Translations under genes and position numbers: made by a program
From: Eledone cirrhosa
Lineage: Eukaryota
DNA: 64,000 nt
NCBI GenBank assembly: GCA_964016885.1
Contig: OZ024743.1
Coordinates: 157,356,001-157,420,000, forward strand
Direction: 5' to 3'
Part shown: piece after piece, positions 12,902 through 26,522 of the stretch
How positions within the stretch are numbered: position 1 is the stretch's first letter
Layout: the number at the start of each line of letters is the position of its first letter
Notes under the pieces: generated by a model
Told to the model about the DNA's origin: nothing
What the model saw: only the letters and a program-made list of their open reading frames with translations
Database searches by the model: none

Positions 12902-13222
12902 ACAATATGATTCAGGTTGAATTATATATAACATTTGTGGTGTAATCTACCCTCGTAATTTTAGACACAGGATTTACTCTGTTTACTCCTACACAAATTA
13001 ATATTATAATGATCAGTATTTATATTTTGAATATGTTAATTGCAGGGTATCTATATGAGTTAATAACACTATATTTTATTTGTATATATATATATATATA
13101 TATATATGCTTTTTTTGTGTTAAAATAAATAAAATAAACAAACAAGCAAATAAATAAATAAATATATAGACATACTGAATAAAAATGGCGTAGACATACA
13201 ATACAACAGGAGGAAAATATAG

Positions 13223-13265
13223 CACCACTGACGATGTTGCAGATGTGCAACGAAAGATTTATGAT
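13223..13265 (+). ncRNA. Hammerhead remnant (same family as 10919 and 39705)
   Basis: CTGACGA-t-gttgca(gatg)tgcaac-GAAAG; 3' strands eroded. Confidence 0.5.
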
Positions 13266-13484
13266 AAACTATATATATGTGTTTGTGTCTATATTGTATC
13301 TGTATTATTTTTGACCGTCGGTCAGTCAATGGCAACATTGAGGACCGAGTAAGTTATATTACCGATATAAAAGACACAGAAGCGAGAAGCGAAAACCAAC
13401 CAAACAGTGAGTGTGTTCTGTTATTAATTCTGGCAATATTACACAAATATGACCCTCCCCAAGTATAACAATATATATATATAT

Positions 13485-15360
13485 AAATCCAGAGATATTA
13501 ACTCTCCAAATAAAAATACGGATTGAACTTCCACAAATATTTATGAGAGAATTGGAAACGCTACTTGGATGATTGTCTTATAATTTGGTCTCACACACTC
13601 GACCAACTAAATAATTTCAAACATTTATTTAACGGCATAAATAACCACATCCAATTCACAATGGAATACAGCCAAGATCAACTCCCATTTCTGGACATCT
13701 TAATCATAAAAAAGACATAAATATTGAAACTGACATTCACTACAAACCAATAGATTCCAAACAATACCTGCTATTCACCTCCAACCATCCAAAGCACGCG
13801 AAGACGAACATCCCTTTTAACCTAGCAAGCAGAATTTGCACAATTGTCTCCAATTATGAAACGTTAAATAAAAGACTTCAAGAATAAAAGGAAATTCTGC
13901 TCGAAAGACAGTACCCACCATTACTAATAAATAATGGAATAGAAAGGGCTAAAGCAATAGGCATTGATGAATTACGAAAACAGAAACAAATTCAAGGTAC
14001 GTCCAATATTCTATCATATATCTCAACACACAACCCAAGAAATCCGGAAGCTTACAACATAATTCACAAGAAACATTCCACTATTGAAACGAGACCAAAG
14101 AATGAAAAAAGCCCTTGAAACACACAAAATAATCATAAGCAAAAGACAACCGAAATCACTAAAAATATTACTCACCGATGCTAAATTACCTACCACAAAC
14201 CCACAACCAACTGTCAAAAGCTGTGGTCGCTCTAATTGTCGAACCTGCACTCACCTCATTGAAGGCAACACGTATACATTTCAATCAGGACGAATTTTTG
14301 CTGTAAAAAATCACTTCACTTGCTCATCATAAAATCTAAATTTATGCCATTAAATGTAAAAGATGCAATGAAAATTATATAGGACAAACTAAACTCACAC
14401 TCAGAAACAGAATGGCAGTTCATCGCCAACAATTACGAGACCCTACCACAAGACAGATTCCACTCAGTGCACATCTAGACATATGCGCAAGTAATAACAC
14501 ACCCAAATTCCAAGTCTTCCCATTTCATCTTTGCGCTGATAATACCACAGAACAAATACGAATTAATAATGAAGATATGTTTATTCAAAAATATAGACCA
14601 GCATAAAATATAGTTTAATATACCTTATGTTAAAACCATAACATGCTAACCATCCAAACAGACACATACACACACACACACACACACACTTAACACCTTC
14701 TATATTCGAAAATATAAAGCAGAACTAAATAACCTTTAACATACTTTAATTCTCTAACACCTTAACATGCTAACCATACCCCCCCCCACACACACACACA
14801 CATAACTCCCTCCCCCATTTCTACTAACGGAATCATTTTCCTACACACACATATATATTCTCTCCATCTTAACATGCTAACCATATTCCTACACACACAC
14901 ATATAACTCCTATACACACACACATATAACTCCCTCCCGCATTTCTACTAATAGAATCATTTTCCTACACACACCAGCACAAAAATAAAAATACTTATCT
15001 GTACTTTCTTTATTTCAATAGAAAGTCTGAATTTTGACACCTCTTTTTGACACCTTTTTTTTAAGGCAAATATAAAAAGAACTTTGTAACGCGAACTGGC
15101 GCGAAATTTATTATACTTATTCACATGACAGTCATCGACCAACCAAATTACTTTTCTAAAAACCTAGCATTTAGAGCCACTTGTTTCCATATAGAACAGA
15201 AGTAACATTCGAACACCAACCAGATGTGAGAAAAACCATAAACCCACCATCTCAATTCTACTTTTGAAAAGTACAAGAACTGCGAAACCGGTAAAGGAAC
15301 CAAACAAATATTCTTAAAAATACTTCAGTTGCATTTTCGATTTCATCTTTTTTACTTATA
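13485..15360 (+). mobile_element. 5'-truncated Neptune-like PLE (RT C-terminal half, GIY-YIG, 3' pLTR)
   Basis: WKRYLDDC, LPFLDI, HPKH..IPFNLA, CGRSNCRTC linker, IY..KCKRCNENYIGQT; same family as 47800-50930; (TA)n at both ends. Confidence 0.88.
15261..15297 (+). ncRNA. Minimal hammerhead, U3-A8 variant
   Basis: TTGAAAA 15264-15270; eroded stem II; GAAAC-CG-GTA; stem I ctt/aag. Confidence 0.55.
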
Positions 15361-17120
15361 TATATACATAGATGCATTGCCAAAGAAAGATCGGATAATA
15401 AGTAAACAAAGAAATTATTTAAGAATGGTAAAATTCCGAGATGTCAATATTCTATACACTTGTTTCAAGAGTGAAAGATAAATGGCTGGAACCATAAGAT
15501 GAATACTAAATCGTCAGTAGATTTTCATCTTTCTAAACACATTATGTACGACTCATCACCATAGCTTCGAAATAGGTTGTGAACGCACATGGCGAAAATA
15601 CAAACATAAAGAGAAATAATTTGGAGATAGCGGGAATTCGAATTAGGTCGGAAAGAAAACACAGAAAGCATCGAATGTGATAAAGTCACGTACATTGTGA
15701 TGAAGCAGCTTTGACAATTAGCTGAATAACCTATTGTTTCATTAACCAACTAATTAAAGAATTAGTACCTGTTTAATTAAAAAAAAAAAGTAAGTAACAC
15801 CAATCAGAACTGCAGAACTATACCCCAAACATTCCTAGCGTAACATAAAACGAACCTACACCCAATCATTGCTATAGGGGTGACTAATTTCATCCGTCCT
15901 CAGTCGACGTATTACGTGGTTTCTATATAACTCTATCAAGACCAGTCCCTGATCCATAATTGGTTTCGTACCAACATAGAGTTAGAAACACCACTAAAAC
16001 ATTAACTGCGAATAATAAACCCTCAATGAATAAAAACTGATATAGAAACACTCACTGAAATAAACTACTTGTTTAACGATAGAATGCTGATTCGACAAAA
16101 TCGAAATCAGAAATCACTAACCCGATTAACGAAAGGCTGAACCCAATTGAAACAATGGCTAACCACAAACGCGTCCATGTCATTAAACGACCTAACTATT
16201 AGAAAAGCTAAGAAGGAAATAGGGTTTCAGACTGAACAAAAAAATAAGCAAATTAGAATTAGATAGACAGATTAAACAACATGAATAATATAAACAACCC
16301 TGACAAACAGTTAAAAAAGCCAACAGATTACCACCCACCCCCACAAAAAAAAGATTGAATGAAAACTAAACAACACGAAAGAATAAGTATTAACTTAAAT
16401 CTAAAATCTGAAACATATATACTAACCAACACATATATGCTAACTGGTCCCTTCAAACAAATTATTAGACAGAGTTTGAATCGAACAATACAAAACAAAC
16501 AATCAAATATACTAAACAATTAGAATAGAATAATAATTTATCCTTGCTGACATGTGGCTGACTAGCTTTAAACCGTTAATTTTTTTAAGTGTAGATATGA
16601 TGAAGAAATAACTACACGTGCTAAAGTGGACGAGAACAGGAGCACTAATCCTTTTCTACTTTCACCCCTGACAGCCTAACCAGCTACTTATCCACCCCAC
16701 CCCCTTGTATCACATAGACCATACGTAAGTTTTTGGTTATTTCATGAAAATAAATTCATGCCTCTATAAACATTAAATAACTCAAAAAAAGACGAGTTAA
16801 TACTCACAATTAATCGTTTAATAATATTAAGGAGTCGAATATATAACAAATCACTTCCCTGATTAGATATGAACCGTAGATAATTTGGATCGTTTAGATC
16901 AGGGGTCGGCAACCCCCGGCCCGCGGGCCACATCCGGCCCTCGAGTGATTTTTGTCCGGCCCGCCATCTTACACTGGATACTAATTATCTAATTAGTATC
17001 GAATACAGATACAGTAGTTCACTTCAAGGTTGTGGCGACCTGCTGCCCATCACAAATCGATGCTCATACCGTATATATTTACAGATACCTTTGTAACCTT
17101 ATTATATTTTCCATTTATTA

Positions 17121-17268
17121 GCAAAGAGTTACGTCCCTTTATGGTCTGAGTTCAAATCCCGCCGAGTTTAACTTTGCCTTTCATCCTTACGAGGTCGATA
17201 AAATAAAGCATCAGTAATACACTGGGATAATTGCTGACCTTGTGCCAAATGCAGAAACAACTATTATT
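17121..17268 (+). mobile_element. SINE family A, 5'-truncated, nested in the hAT
   Basis: Matches the 3' two-thirds of the 12724 SINE. Confidence 0.8.
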
Positions 17269-17917
17269 TCCTCTTATCAATCTTTTTGTGGGCTTTCCGT
17301 CAAGCAATATATCACCTGCATTATTATTTCCTGTGATTTCATGTATGTGTTTTTGTTCGAGTCAACAAACACAAATGTTGGCTGGTAGTATGCCGTTTTG
17401 TCAGCAACTGGAAGGTATACTACCTTACGGTTCGCGTGACTCACTTTTATACCCATATTGTCATTCAATAAAATCACTCGTGAATTATTGTCGTCTTCGT
17501 TTGCCTGACCTTACCTGTGCCCCCCGCCACAAGGTAAAGCTGTCTTCGAAAAATTACTTCGTTCCCTCCTCCCCAGAGTATTTTCATTTGAGTTTGTTGT
17601 CTGGTGGTATAACAACTATACAGTAGGTATCTTTATTTGATAATAACGTTTATTTAATTATTTGTGATAAATTGTGTGAATTATTATTATTAGAATTAGG
17701 TCAAAAGTGGTTTAAAAAAACAAATGGCAATCCTGATCTAACAACGTCGTTAGTAACCTGGTTTTATATAATTTATTCACAATTATCATATTTTATCGCA
17801 TTACTGTATTTGCATTTACATTTATTTTCATTGTTTCTTATTTCTTCATTTTGATTATTATACTTTTTGATCTTTTTCCTTTCCATAAATCTTTTTTGTT
17901 TGAACAAAAACAAGCCC

Positions 17918-19430
17918 ATGGAAGCTAATAAAAGAAAAAGTCGATTTGGAGTGCCGAACTTTTAACGATAGCTGCACACTTAGCTATGTTTTCATTGAGC
18001 ACTTCGATAAATGTGTTTGCTTAATTTGTCAAGAAACCATTGCCGTGAAGAAAGTTTCAAATATTAAACGGCACTATAAAACTCGTCATAATCATTACAA
18101 CTGTTTTACTGGAAAAGCACGAGTAAACGAAGTGGCACGGCTGAGAAATAATGTAACAAACAATCATCCTTTTTCACTAGAAAAGTTGAAGAAAGTAACC
18201 GAAACACTCGTGCTAGCTACGAGGTGTCAAAACTAATTACAATAGGATGAAACCTTTTACTTATGGAGATTTCTTCAAAGAATTACTGTTGAAGGTAGCA
18301 GATGTTGTTTGTCCAGAAAAAAGGGAATTATTTTCTGCGATCAGCTTATCGGCAAGAATAGTAACAAGGCGAATTGAAGAGCTGACAGCAAATGTCAGAA
18401 GTGGCTTCGAGGGCATTTTACATAATCTGGTGTATTATTCCATTGCTATCGATGAAACCACAGATATGAAGGATACTTGTCAACTTGAAGTGTTTGTGAG
18501 GCGTGTAATACCAACATTTGATATTGTGGAAGAATTTGTACAATTGATTCCTATGAAGGACACTAGCACTGGAGCAGATATTTTGGAAAGCATAATAAAA
18601 TGGATTACCGAAATGAATCTCGATTTATCAAAGCTTTCTGGAGTAATCACAGATGGAGCACCAGCAATGGTTGGAGAGAAAAAGGGGTTTGTTGCATTGC
18701 TCCAAAACCACATCGGTATTGATCAAAAACTAAACAAACTTCATTGAATTATTTATCAAGAAGCATTATGTGCAAAGTCACTGAATTTCAAAGACATCAT
18801 TTCAAGAATTTCTAAAACAAATTGAAGCAGAGTATGGCGACCTTACATATTTTTCAAATGTTCTATGGCTTAGCCGCGGAAAAATGATAGAACGAGTATA
18901 TGCATTGAGCGAAGAGATTTCTCTGTTTTTAGAGAGCAAAGACCAAGATAGTTCTTACTTTCAGGAACCACAGTGGGTTGTCAAGTTAGCTTTTTTAGTG
19001 GACATCACGACCAACATGAACACTTTGAATCTTGAGCTTCGAGGAAAGAACAAGATTGTATTTGAGATGTTTGGTCAAATTACTGCTATTGAGAGAAAAC
19101 TTTGACTGTGGGAATCACTACTTCAAAAAGGAAACTACTCTCATTTCCCAAGTCTCCAAAATCACAAGAGAGATATAATACCAGACATCTTTGTGAGCTC
19201 TATTAAGGATTTGAAAAGCGAGTTTTCCTCTCGTTTTGCTGACTTCCGGCAATATGGAACTCTATTTAAGTTATTTGGTACTCCTTACGAAACAGATGTA
19301 GAACAAGTGGCAGAAGAATATCAGTTGGAGTTAATTGACTTACAGTGCGACGAATCTTTGAAATCGAAATTTCAAGTCGAATCCATTGCTGACTTCTACA
19401 AGAAATATATATTGTCAAGCGGAAAATATA
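17918..19430 (+). pseudogene. hAT transposase (GTF2IRD2/SPIN-like), degenerate
   Basis: CLIC..KRHY..H BED-like finger, KPFTYGDF, SIAIDETTD, TDGAPAMVG, WLSRG, LAFLVDIT, LELIDLQ; stops and frameshifts. Confidence 0.88.
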
Positions 19431-19997
19431 AAAAGCGCTTAACACAATACCTAAATAAACATATATATTCAGACTATCAAGTTTTTCCCATCTAATTTCA
19501 GTATTTTTCCAAAGGTAACACTACATATTGACCCCCAGAATAAAGCACATTCCTTGTGTTTCTACGACGTGAAATAAGCCGACATAACAGATGTCCCCCG
19601 ACAGAAATCAGGCCATTAGAGGTGGGACTAATCCATTCATGTAACCTAATATGTGACATGATTGTTGATTGGTGATTTTACTAGTATTTATCTAAACAAC
19701 TATTTATATGTAGGTGTATGTGTGTGAATTTGCGTGCGGGGTGTGTGTGTGTACGCATGTGTGTGTGTGCTTGTGTTTATGTATGTTTGGTTTTGATCTG
19801 TCGATGTGCCTTAATTCTGGTAATGGTATTCAAATTATAGAGAGACCTACTTTCATTTTGGGTTCCTGGTTTCTATCTTCATTATATTTTCCATTGGATC
19901 CTTATCAAATCATATACCAATCTATCTCAAATTTGGGTTCCATAATAATTCAACTCTATCTTTCTCTTTCTCCATTTCTCAGTTTCTATATCACCCA

Positions 19998-20061
<64 letters not shown>

Positions 20062-20561
20062 CCTTCGTTCCAGTGTCTGCTAGGAGCCACTCTCAGGTTA
20101 TTGAAATATATTGGAAGACACGCAAAAAAGATCGAATTACATATTTTATCAAGAAGCACACCATTTTTCGTAACTATTTTTGGCAAACGTCCAGGAATTT
20201 TTACCGTATTTTACAGTTAAAGAATTTCTCATATGTGATGATTTTAGCCTTTTATTTGTCTATTTATTTATGTATTTATGTATTTATGCATTCCGAATTT
20301 AGCCTCTTTCCATACTTTCACCATCTCCAACTAACTTCCTCTTTAAAGTTGGCAAATCTCGTTCATTATAATGAAACTAGAACTTTCGTAGAATACAAAT
20401 TGTTGCCAAGATTAATGTATGTTTGCATGCGTGCGTGCGCTCGAGTGTATGTGTAGGGGTGGGCTCTGTATTTGTGGTGACGACAACGAGTGTGTATGTT
20501 TCCACTCCATTCCTCTCTCAACACTTTATAAATACACACACACACACATATGTATATCTAT

Positions 20562-20648
<87 letters not shown>

Positions 20649-20921
20649 TATCTATCTACCTGTCTTTATATATATATATGTAAGGAGTGTGTGTGTATAT
20701 ATATATATATATATGTATGTAGGTAGTTTGGCAAATATATGCATTTATATATGAGTTTTCATGCTGATACAAAACATCTTTCTTCTGCATTCATATAGAA
20801 TGTGAAATATGGACAAACGCGCACGTTCACGCATTCAGTTTCACACATACATGCATGCATCCATATGCAGGGATATTTGTGCATACACACGCACACACAC
20901 ACCCACACACACACATATATT

Positions 20922-20934
<13 letters not shown>

Positions 20935-20970
<36 letters not shown>

Positions 20971-21230
20971 ATTCACAAATACGCATAGAGTTTGGTGACG
21001 TGGCTCTTGCTTCTTTTGGTATTCGTTTTAATATTTCTGATGTTGATGCCGATTATAATGTAATAATGATGTGTATGTGTGTAAGTCTGCGTGCATCCAT
21101 GTCTACATAAGGTATATATGTTTATCTGTACATATACAAACACACACAGGCAAACACGCACTCACACGCACTCACACGTGCACACACGTGCACACACACA
21201 CACGTGCATACACACACACACACACACACT

Positions 21231-21284
<54 letters not shown>

Positions 21285-21726
21285 CTGTGCTGTGTGTATG
21301 TGTCTGCACGTGTGTATGTGCGTGTGAGTGCGTGTTTGCCTGTGTGTGTTTGTATATGTACAGATAAACATATAATACCTTATGTAGACATGGATGCACG
21401 CAGACTTACACACATACACATCATTATTACATTATAATCGGCATCAACATCAGAAATATTAAAACGAATACCAAAAGAAGCAAGAGTCACGTCACCAAAC
21501 TCTATGCGTATTTGTGAATGCACACACACAAACATGTATGTGTATGCTTGCATACATATATATATATATATATATATGTATACAAGCATACACATACATG
21601 TTTGTATACAACATCTACACACACACTCACACACACACACACATTAAAAAAAGGTATATAGATATATATTATACATATAATTACAGAGGGATATATATAT
21701 ATATATGTATACATGCATACTCCCAC

Positions 21727-21772
<46 letters not shown>

Positions 21773-21800
21773 GTGTGAGTATGCATGTATACATTTTTTT
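20935..21800. repeat. Cluster of three inverted duplications centred on (TA)n tracts
   Basis: 20961-21185 vs 21305-21530; 21528-21560 vs 21572-21605; 21700-21732 vs 21765-21795. Confidence 0.85.
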
Positions 21801-21831
21801 TGGGGGGGGTCTCTCTCTCGATACGTAAATA

Positions 21832-21907
<76 letters not shown>

Positions 21908-21964
21908 ACAAGCACACACATACATGTTTGTATACAAATCTACACACACACTCACACACACACA

Positions 21965-22074
<110 letters not shown>

Positions 22075-24260
22075 ATCAGAGAGAAAAAGCACTAAGGGGA
22101 GAAAGTGAGTGACATATGATATCAACGGAAATTTCATATATTCTTTAGAATTAATGGTGTCCCTTGAGGTAGTTTATATTCATTTCAGATTTTAAAAGAT
22201 TTGCCTCCAACGTTTAACATAATTTCGTCATACTTGTTGTTGCTGCTGTTTCTATTGCTGATGTTGTTGTCTTCTGCGATTGCTGCTCTCCTTTGCATCT
22301 AGTTTGCTGTTAATTATTCTTCTTTTAGTTTGGGGAAATCTAGTAATGATGGCGGTGGCAATGGTGATCATATTTACGTTTTCCTATTATAGATGTGGAT
22401 ACATGGAGGGATGACTTCTCTATATAGTTGCTATTTATTCTCTCTGTTCTTGTTGCCGTTGTGATTGCAAGATATTCTCTTTTATGTATGATATTTTCTG
22501 TTATTTTGATTGTTGTAAAAGATGCTGCCTTTCTCAAAATTTGTTTCTTATTGTAAGTGCTGTTTTTGTTTTTAACTTTTGCAGTGCTAATTATAACCAT
22601 AATTATAACGATTATGATGCTGATGATGGCGATGACGTAGATGTTAGTGTTGGCGACGACTACAGTGATGTTGATTCCCATCTAGAATGAGAAAGAATAC
22701 GTTGTACTAGATACACTAGGTCTGACAAAAGACGAGATCACCTTGGATAATCAACAACAACACCGAATGAATCTCTACACTGGCATGTAATCCCCTAAAA
22801 ACAGGTGTCAGATAGTTCTAAAATAATTCTCTGCTGTCTTAAACATGCGGAAGGTAACACTGCTTGATGTATTGCTAAATACACAATCCTAGACGCCAAA
22901 CGCATGGACGTCTTACAAATTAGATTATTTCCAGGATTTTCTATAGTCTGTATGAAATATATAGCGTTTTCATAGCAATATGCCTCCGTAAATAGAATCA
23001 TGTATTTATTTTATTTTCTGATGAGAACAATATAATATCTGAATAACCTAAATATAATCTCTTCTTTCTTGAAGAGAGGAATAGTTGAAAGTGTCAAAAC
23101 TGTTCACATTAAAGGACTGTATGTGTGTGTGTGTGATGTGATACGTGTGTTGCTTTGTGTGGTGTGTGTCAGTATATATATATATATAGTTATTTCTGTT
23201 AGATGACTACATCATTATACGCAATGCATGACACCCCGTCTTTCGATGGCACAATGGATTGCGTCATAGTATCATTAAGTAGACATTTCACCACAGAAAT
23301 ACACACTGAAAAATCGGACGATAACGATCAAATGAAAACATCCCTATATCATCGGTAGTCCACTATGGCTCACCGCGGTTTTTGGTGAAGTAAGGACTGA
23401 TCTCTCCAACTCCAGCGCACCATTGATTACAATTCAACAAATCGAGACGATAACATACTGTAAAATACCATACGTTGAGTCGTTTCGACGACAATGACAC
23501 GGAAAAAATGCAAAATTGTACGTTCGAAACAAATGATGCTCCAGCCTAAATACAAAATGATACAATTAAGAACAAGTATGTACCTAGGAAATGAGAGAAA
23601 GGTTAATGTTCGGACCGTTGTCGTTGTACTAAAATGCAAAATTGATAGTGGCTACAAAGCGATGAGAACTTGACAGAAGGCTTGCTAGGATGCGAACTTG
23701 CGAATAACCTATATTCTGAGAAAGAATTGTGTGGAGGTAACATGATGGGGAAAATGAAAATACGAAAGTAGTAGGACAAAAGAGAAAAGTGAGATAGATA
23801 TAGACGAGAAAACATAATTAGTTAGTTGAAACTCGCAGATGGCTGCATACATGCGTTAGCTTATATTCGCATGCATATATGAATATATGTATATGTAGAT
23901 ATATGTTTGAGTGTATGTAAACATATATAATAGAGCACAAACATGCGCGTATTTATTAGTGGATATATAAATTACATTAACTCATTTTACTCGTGTGTCT
24001 CTGTACATGTAAGCCTGTATTTATTGCCAAATTCTGCAGCAGAAATACACAAATATCAGAAACCAGAATTCTGTTAGGTTTCACCGATTTTCGACAAACG
24101 TGACTTTCTTGCCAGCATCTTATTTAATCTAGATTAAGATTGTCATTCATAGGTCCTGACTAGTAATACCTCTCGTTGTACGTCTACGAACACAAACAGT
24201 TCGTAAACATTCACATTCCAAAGAAACGTTTGTTGAAATTTGATATATATATATATATTA

Positions 24261-24434
24261 GAATTGGTGCTTTGAAATAGCGATATATATATGAATGTAT
24301 ATATGGTGTATTTTGCAATACATTGTATACTTAATTAAAAGCATTTCGAAATGCTTTTAATTAAGCATACAGTGTATTGCAAAATACACTATATAAACAT
24401 TCATATATATATCGCTATTTCAGAGCACCAATTC
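24261..24434. repeat. 174-bp spacerless palindrome, pLTR-like fold-back
   Basis: Axis TTTC|GAAA at 24347/24348; related arms at 43677-43858. Confidence 0.85.
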
Positions 24435-24654
24435 GGCTTAATGCGTCAACACACTGTTTGATTGTCTTCATGCTCCCCGTTGTTACCAGCACGACCCTCA
24501 CTGACCTATATTTCCCGCTCCAGTAATCATGCCCATCTCTTCTTTCTATGTAAGTCAGGATGAAATGCTAGTGGCAAGTGTGTGGTTTTCAATAAGAGGT
24601 ACGTTCCTGCACTATCCTCCTACTACGGAGCTAAGGGGGGGGGGTATATTATGG

Positions 24655-25077
24655 TGACTCACTGCTCTTGAGACTGGGCTGATCGAATGGCTCTCGCATG
24701 ACTCCTCAGTTGCTGAAGTCAAGACTGGCGCTTCTCTTGAGACTGGGCTGATCGAATGGCTCTCGTATCAGTCCTCAGCTGCTGAAGGCGAGACTAACGC
24801 TGCTCTTGAGACTGGGTTGATCGAATGTCAGTCGCATGAGTCCTCATCTGCTGAAGGCGAGACTGGCGCTCCTCTTCAGACTGGCCTCTCGACTGGCTCT
24901 TGCATGAGTCCTCATCTGCTGAAGGCGAGACTGGCACTTCTCTTGAGGCTGGCCTGCGAGACTGGCTCTTGCATGAGTCCTCATCATCTGAAGACGACAT
25001 TCATGATCTTCAGACCCTGCTGCTCTCGTAACATTGTTTCTTCTGGAAAATCGGATCTTGCGGCCAGGTCGGGACAT
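24655..25077 (-). mobile_element. Helitron RepHel-like N-terminal fragment with five 69-bp (23-aa) repeats
   Basis: Unit starts at 24665, 24734, 24803, 24872 and 24940; encodes SQEQRQSRLQQMRTHA-type repeats after MSRP..; TATATAAA on the minus strand at 25133-25140. Family call rests on resemblance only. Confidence 0.55.
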
Positions 25078-25421
25078 TTAGGGTGGCATATCGGCAGTAA
25101 CAATGATTGTTCGAACAGGGTCATGTTTGCTCTTTATATAGGTGTTATTCGGGGGGAGGGGGGATGACGCATAGAAATTGAATAACCAATCAAGTTATGA
25201 GGGGTCAATCATGACTGATAGTGATTGGCTTCAGTTAAAATGCGATTGCACGCGCGTGAGTCAAAAGGTCAAAGGGGTCATTGTGTTGTTTAGTGAGATT
25301 GGTGGTGCTAATCTGTATGCCGCCTACATGGAAAGATGAGAAAGGCCAGCTCTATCGATTTTATTCAATAAATCCACCATTGGCGTGTTCTACGGCATCC
25401 ACACACACACACACACACACG

Positions 25422-25499
<78 letters not shown>

Positions 25500-25684
25500 G
25501 CTGACGTCCCTAGCTTCACTTGGATAAACGGGCGATAAGCCGTCCGCGCTTTCGTACAGTCCTACTAAATGTAAACAAATCCTGCGTAGTTAACGAAATA
25601 AATACAATGTTTGTTTATATTTTGCTTGTATAGTTCAGTTTTCCGACGTATTGTGTGTTTGTGTAAGCAAAAATATATGTACAA

Positions 25685-25745
<61 letters not shown>

Positions 25746-26340
25746 GTAAGTCTGTTACATACATAGATTAATTAAAAGTTGGTTAGAAGCAAATTCAATG
25801 CAGACTTGTAGAGATACAAGCAGATATTATAAGCGCACGACGTTATAGCTATGTATCTATCTAAAAAGGCAGAGTAAGAAAGAGAGAGGAATGTCTTATT
25901 ATATATATTATATATAATAAAGTACCAGTAATGTACTCCTAACTTTACATACGGCCGTCAGCTTTATTAATATAGATAGAGATTGACAATATACACAGAA
26001 ATTTAATCCATGATACATTTTAAAAAAAAGATGATATATATAAATTGAAAAATATATGAATGTTTATTTAAGCGATCGCTAACTGGAAGTGTTGACATTT
26101 AAACATTTTAAAGAAGTGTATCTTTAAATAAACAATAAAATATCGTTAATCAAGAATAACTAAATTTAGTAGACAAAAATACCCTCACTTTCTTCCTTGG
26201 AAAAAGTTACGTCTATGGCGCAAATTTGGTGCCGTTTGGCCAGCCGTTTATACTATCTAGTTATAATAAAATAATTTTTAAAATGTTGTTAACTCCCTCC
26301 ACACAAGTTGAAAAGATAACAATTATATAATTAATAACCA

Positions 26341-26522
26341 ATAATTGTTTCTACTTTTGGCACAAGGCCAGCAATTACCCAGTGCATTACTGGTACTTTA
26401 TTTTATCGACCCCGTAAGGATGAAAGGCAAAGTCAACCTCGGCGGGATTTGAACTCAGATCGTAAAGGGACGTAACTATGCTGGAAAGCATGCCGTCCGA
26501 CCCTCTACCGATACTGCCAATC
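26341..26522 (-). mobile_element. SINE family A
   Basis: Reverse complement of the 12724 SINE. Confidence 0.88.

Larger units (their letters stand above)
11921..13085. mobile_element. Retrozyme-like non-coding element: ~480-bp unit in partial tandem and inverted copies
   Basis: 11921-11970 repeats directly at 12401-12450; 12451-13085 (without the SINE) is a circularly permuted reverse complement; one hammerhead per unit. Confidence 0.7.
16900..19430 (+). mobile_element. hAT DNA transposon (Buster/Charlie/SPIN-like), 3' end missing
   Basis: 5' TIR caggggtcggcaacc with GGCCC subterminal repeats, preceded by gtttagat; no 3' TIR seen. Confidence 0.88.

Noticed and set aside
15400-16650. Possible very old PLE remnant (also 22690-23140, 26530-27380 and 40380-41030)
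   Set aside because: Composition and faint motifs are suggestive, but no translatable diagnostic motif could be confirmed.
23014-23099. CTGATGA..GAAAGTGTC possible hammerhead
   Set aside because: Stem I is only tttt/aaaa and stem III is mismatched; possibly a relic but not supportable.
24661-25005. Regularly spaced repeats resembling a CRISPR array
   Set aside because: Contiguous 69-bp tandem units with no unique spacers, no cas genes and a eukaryotic context.
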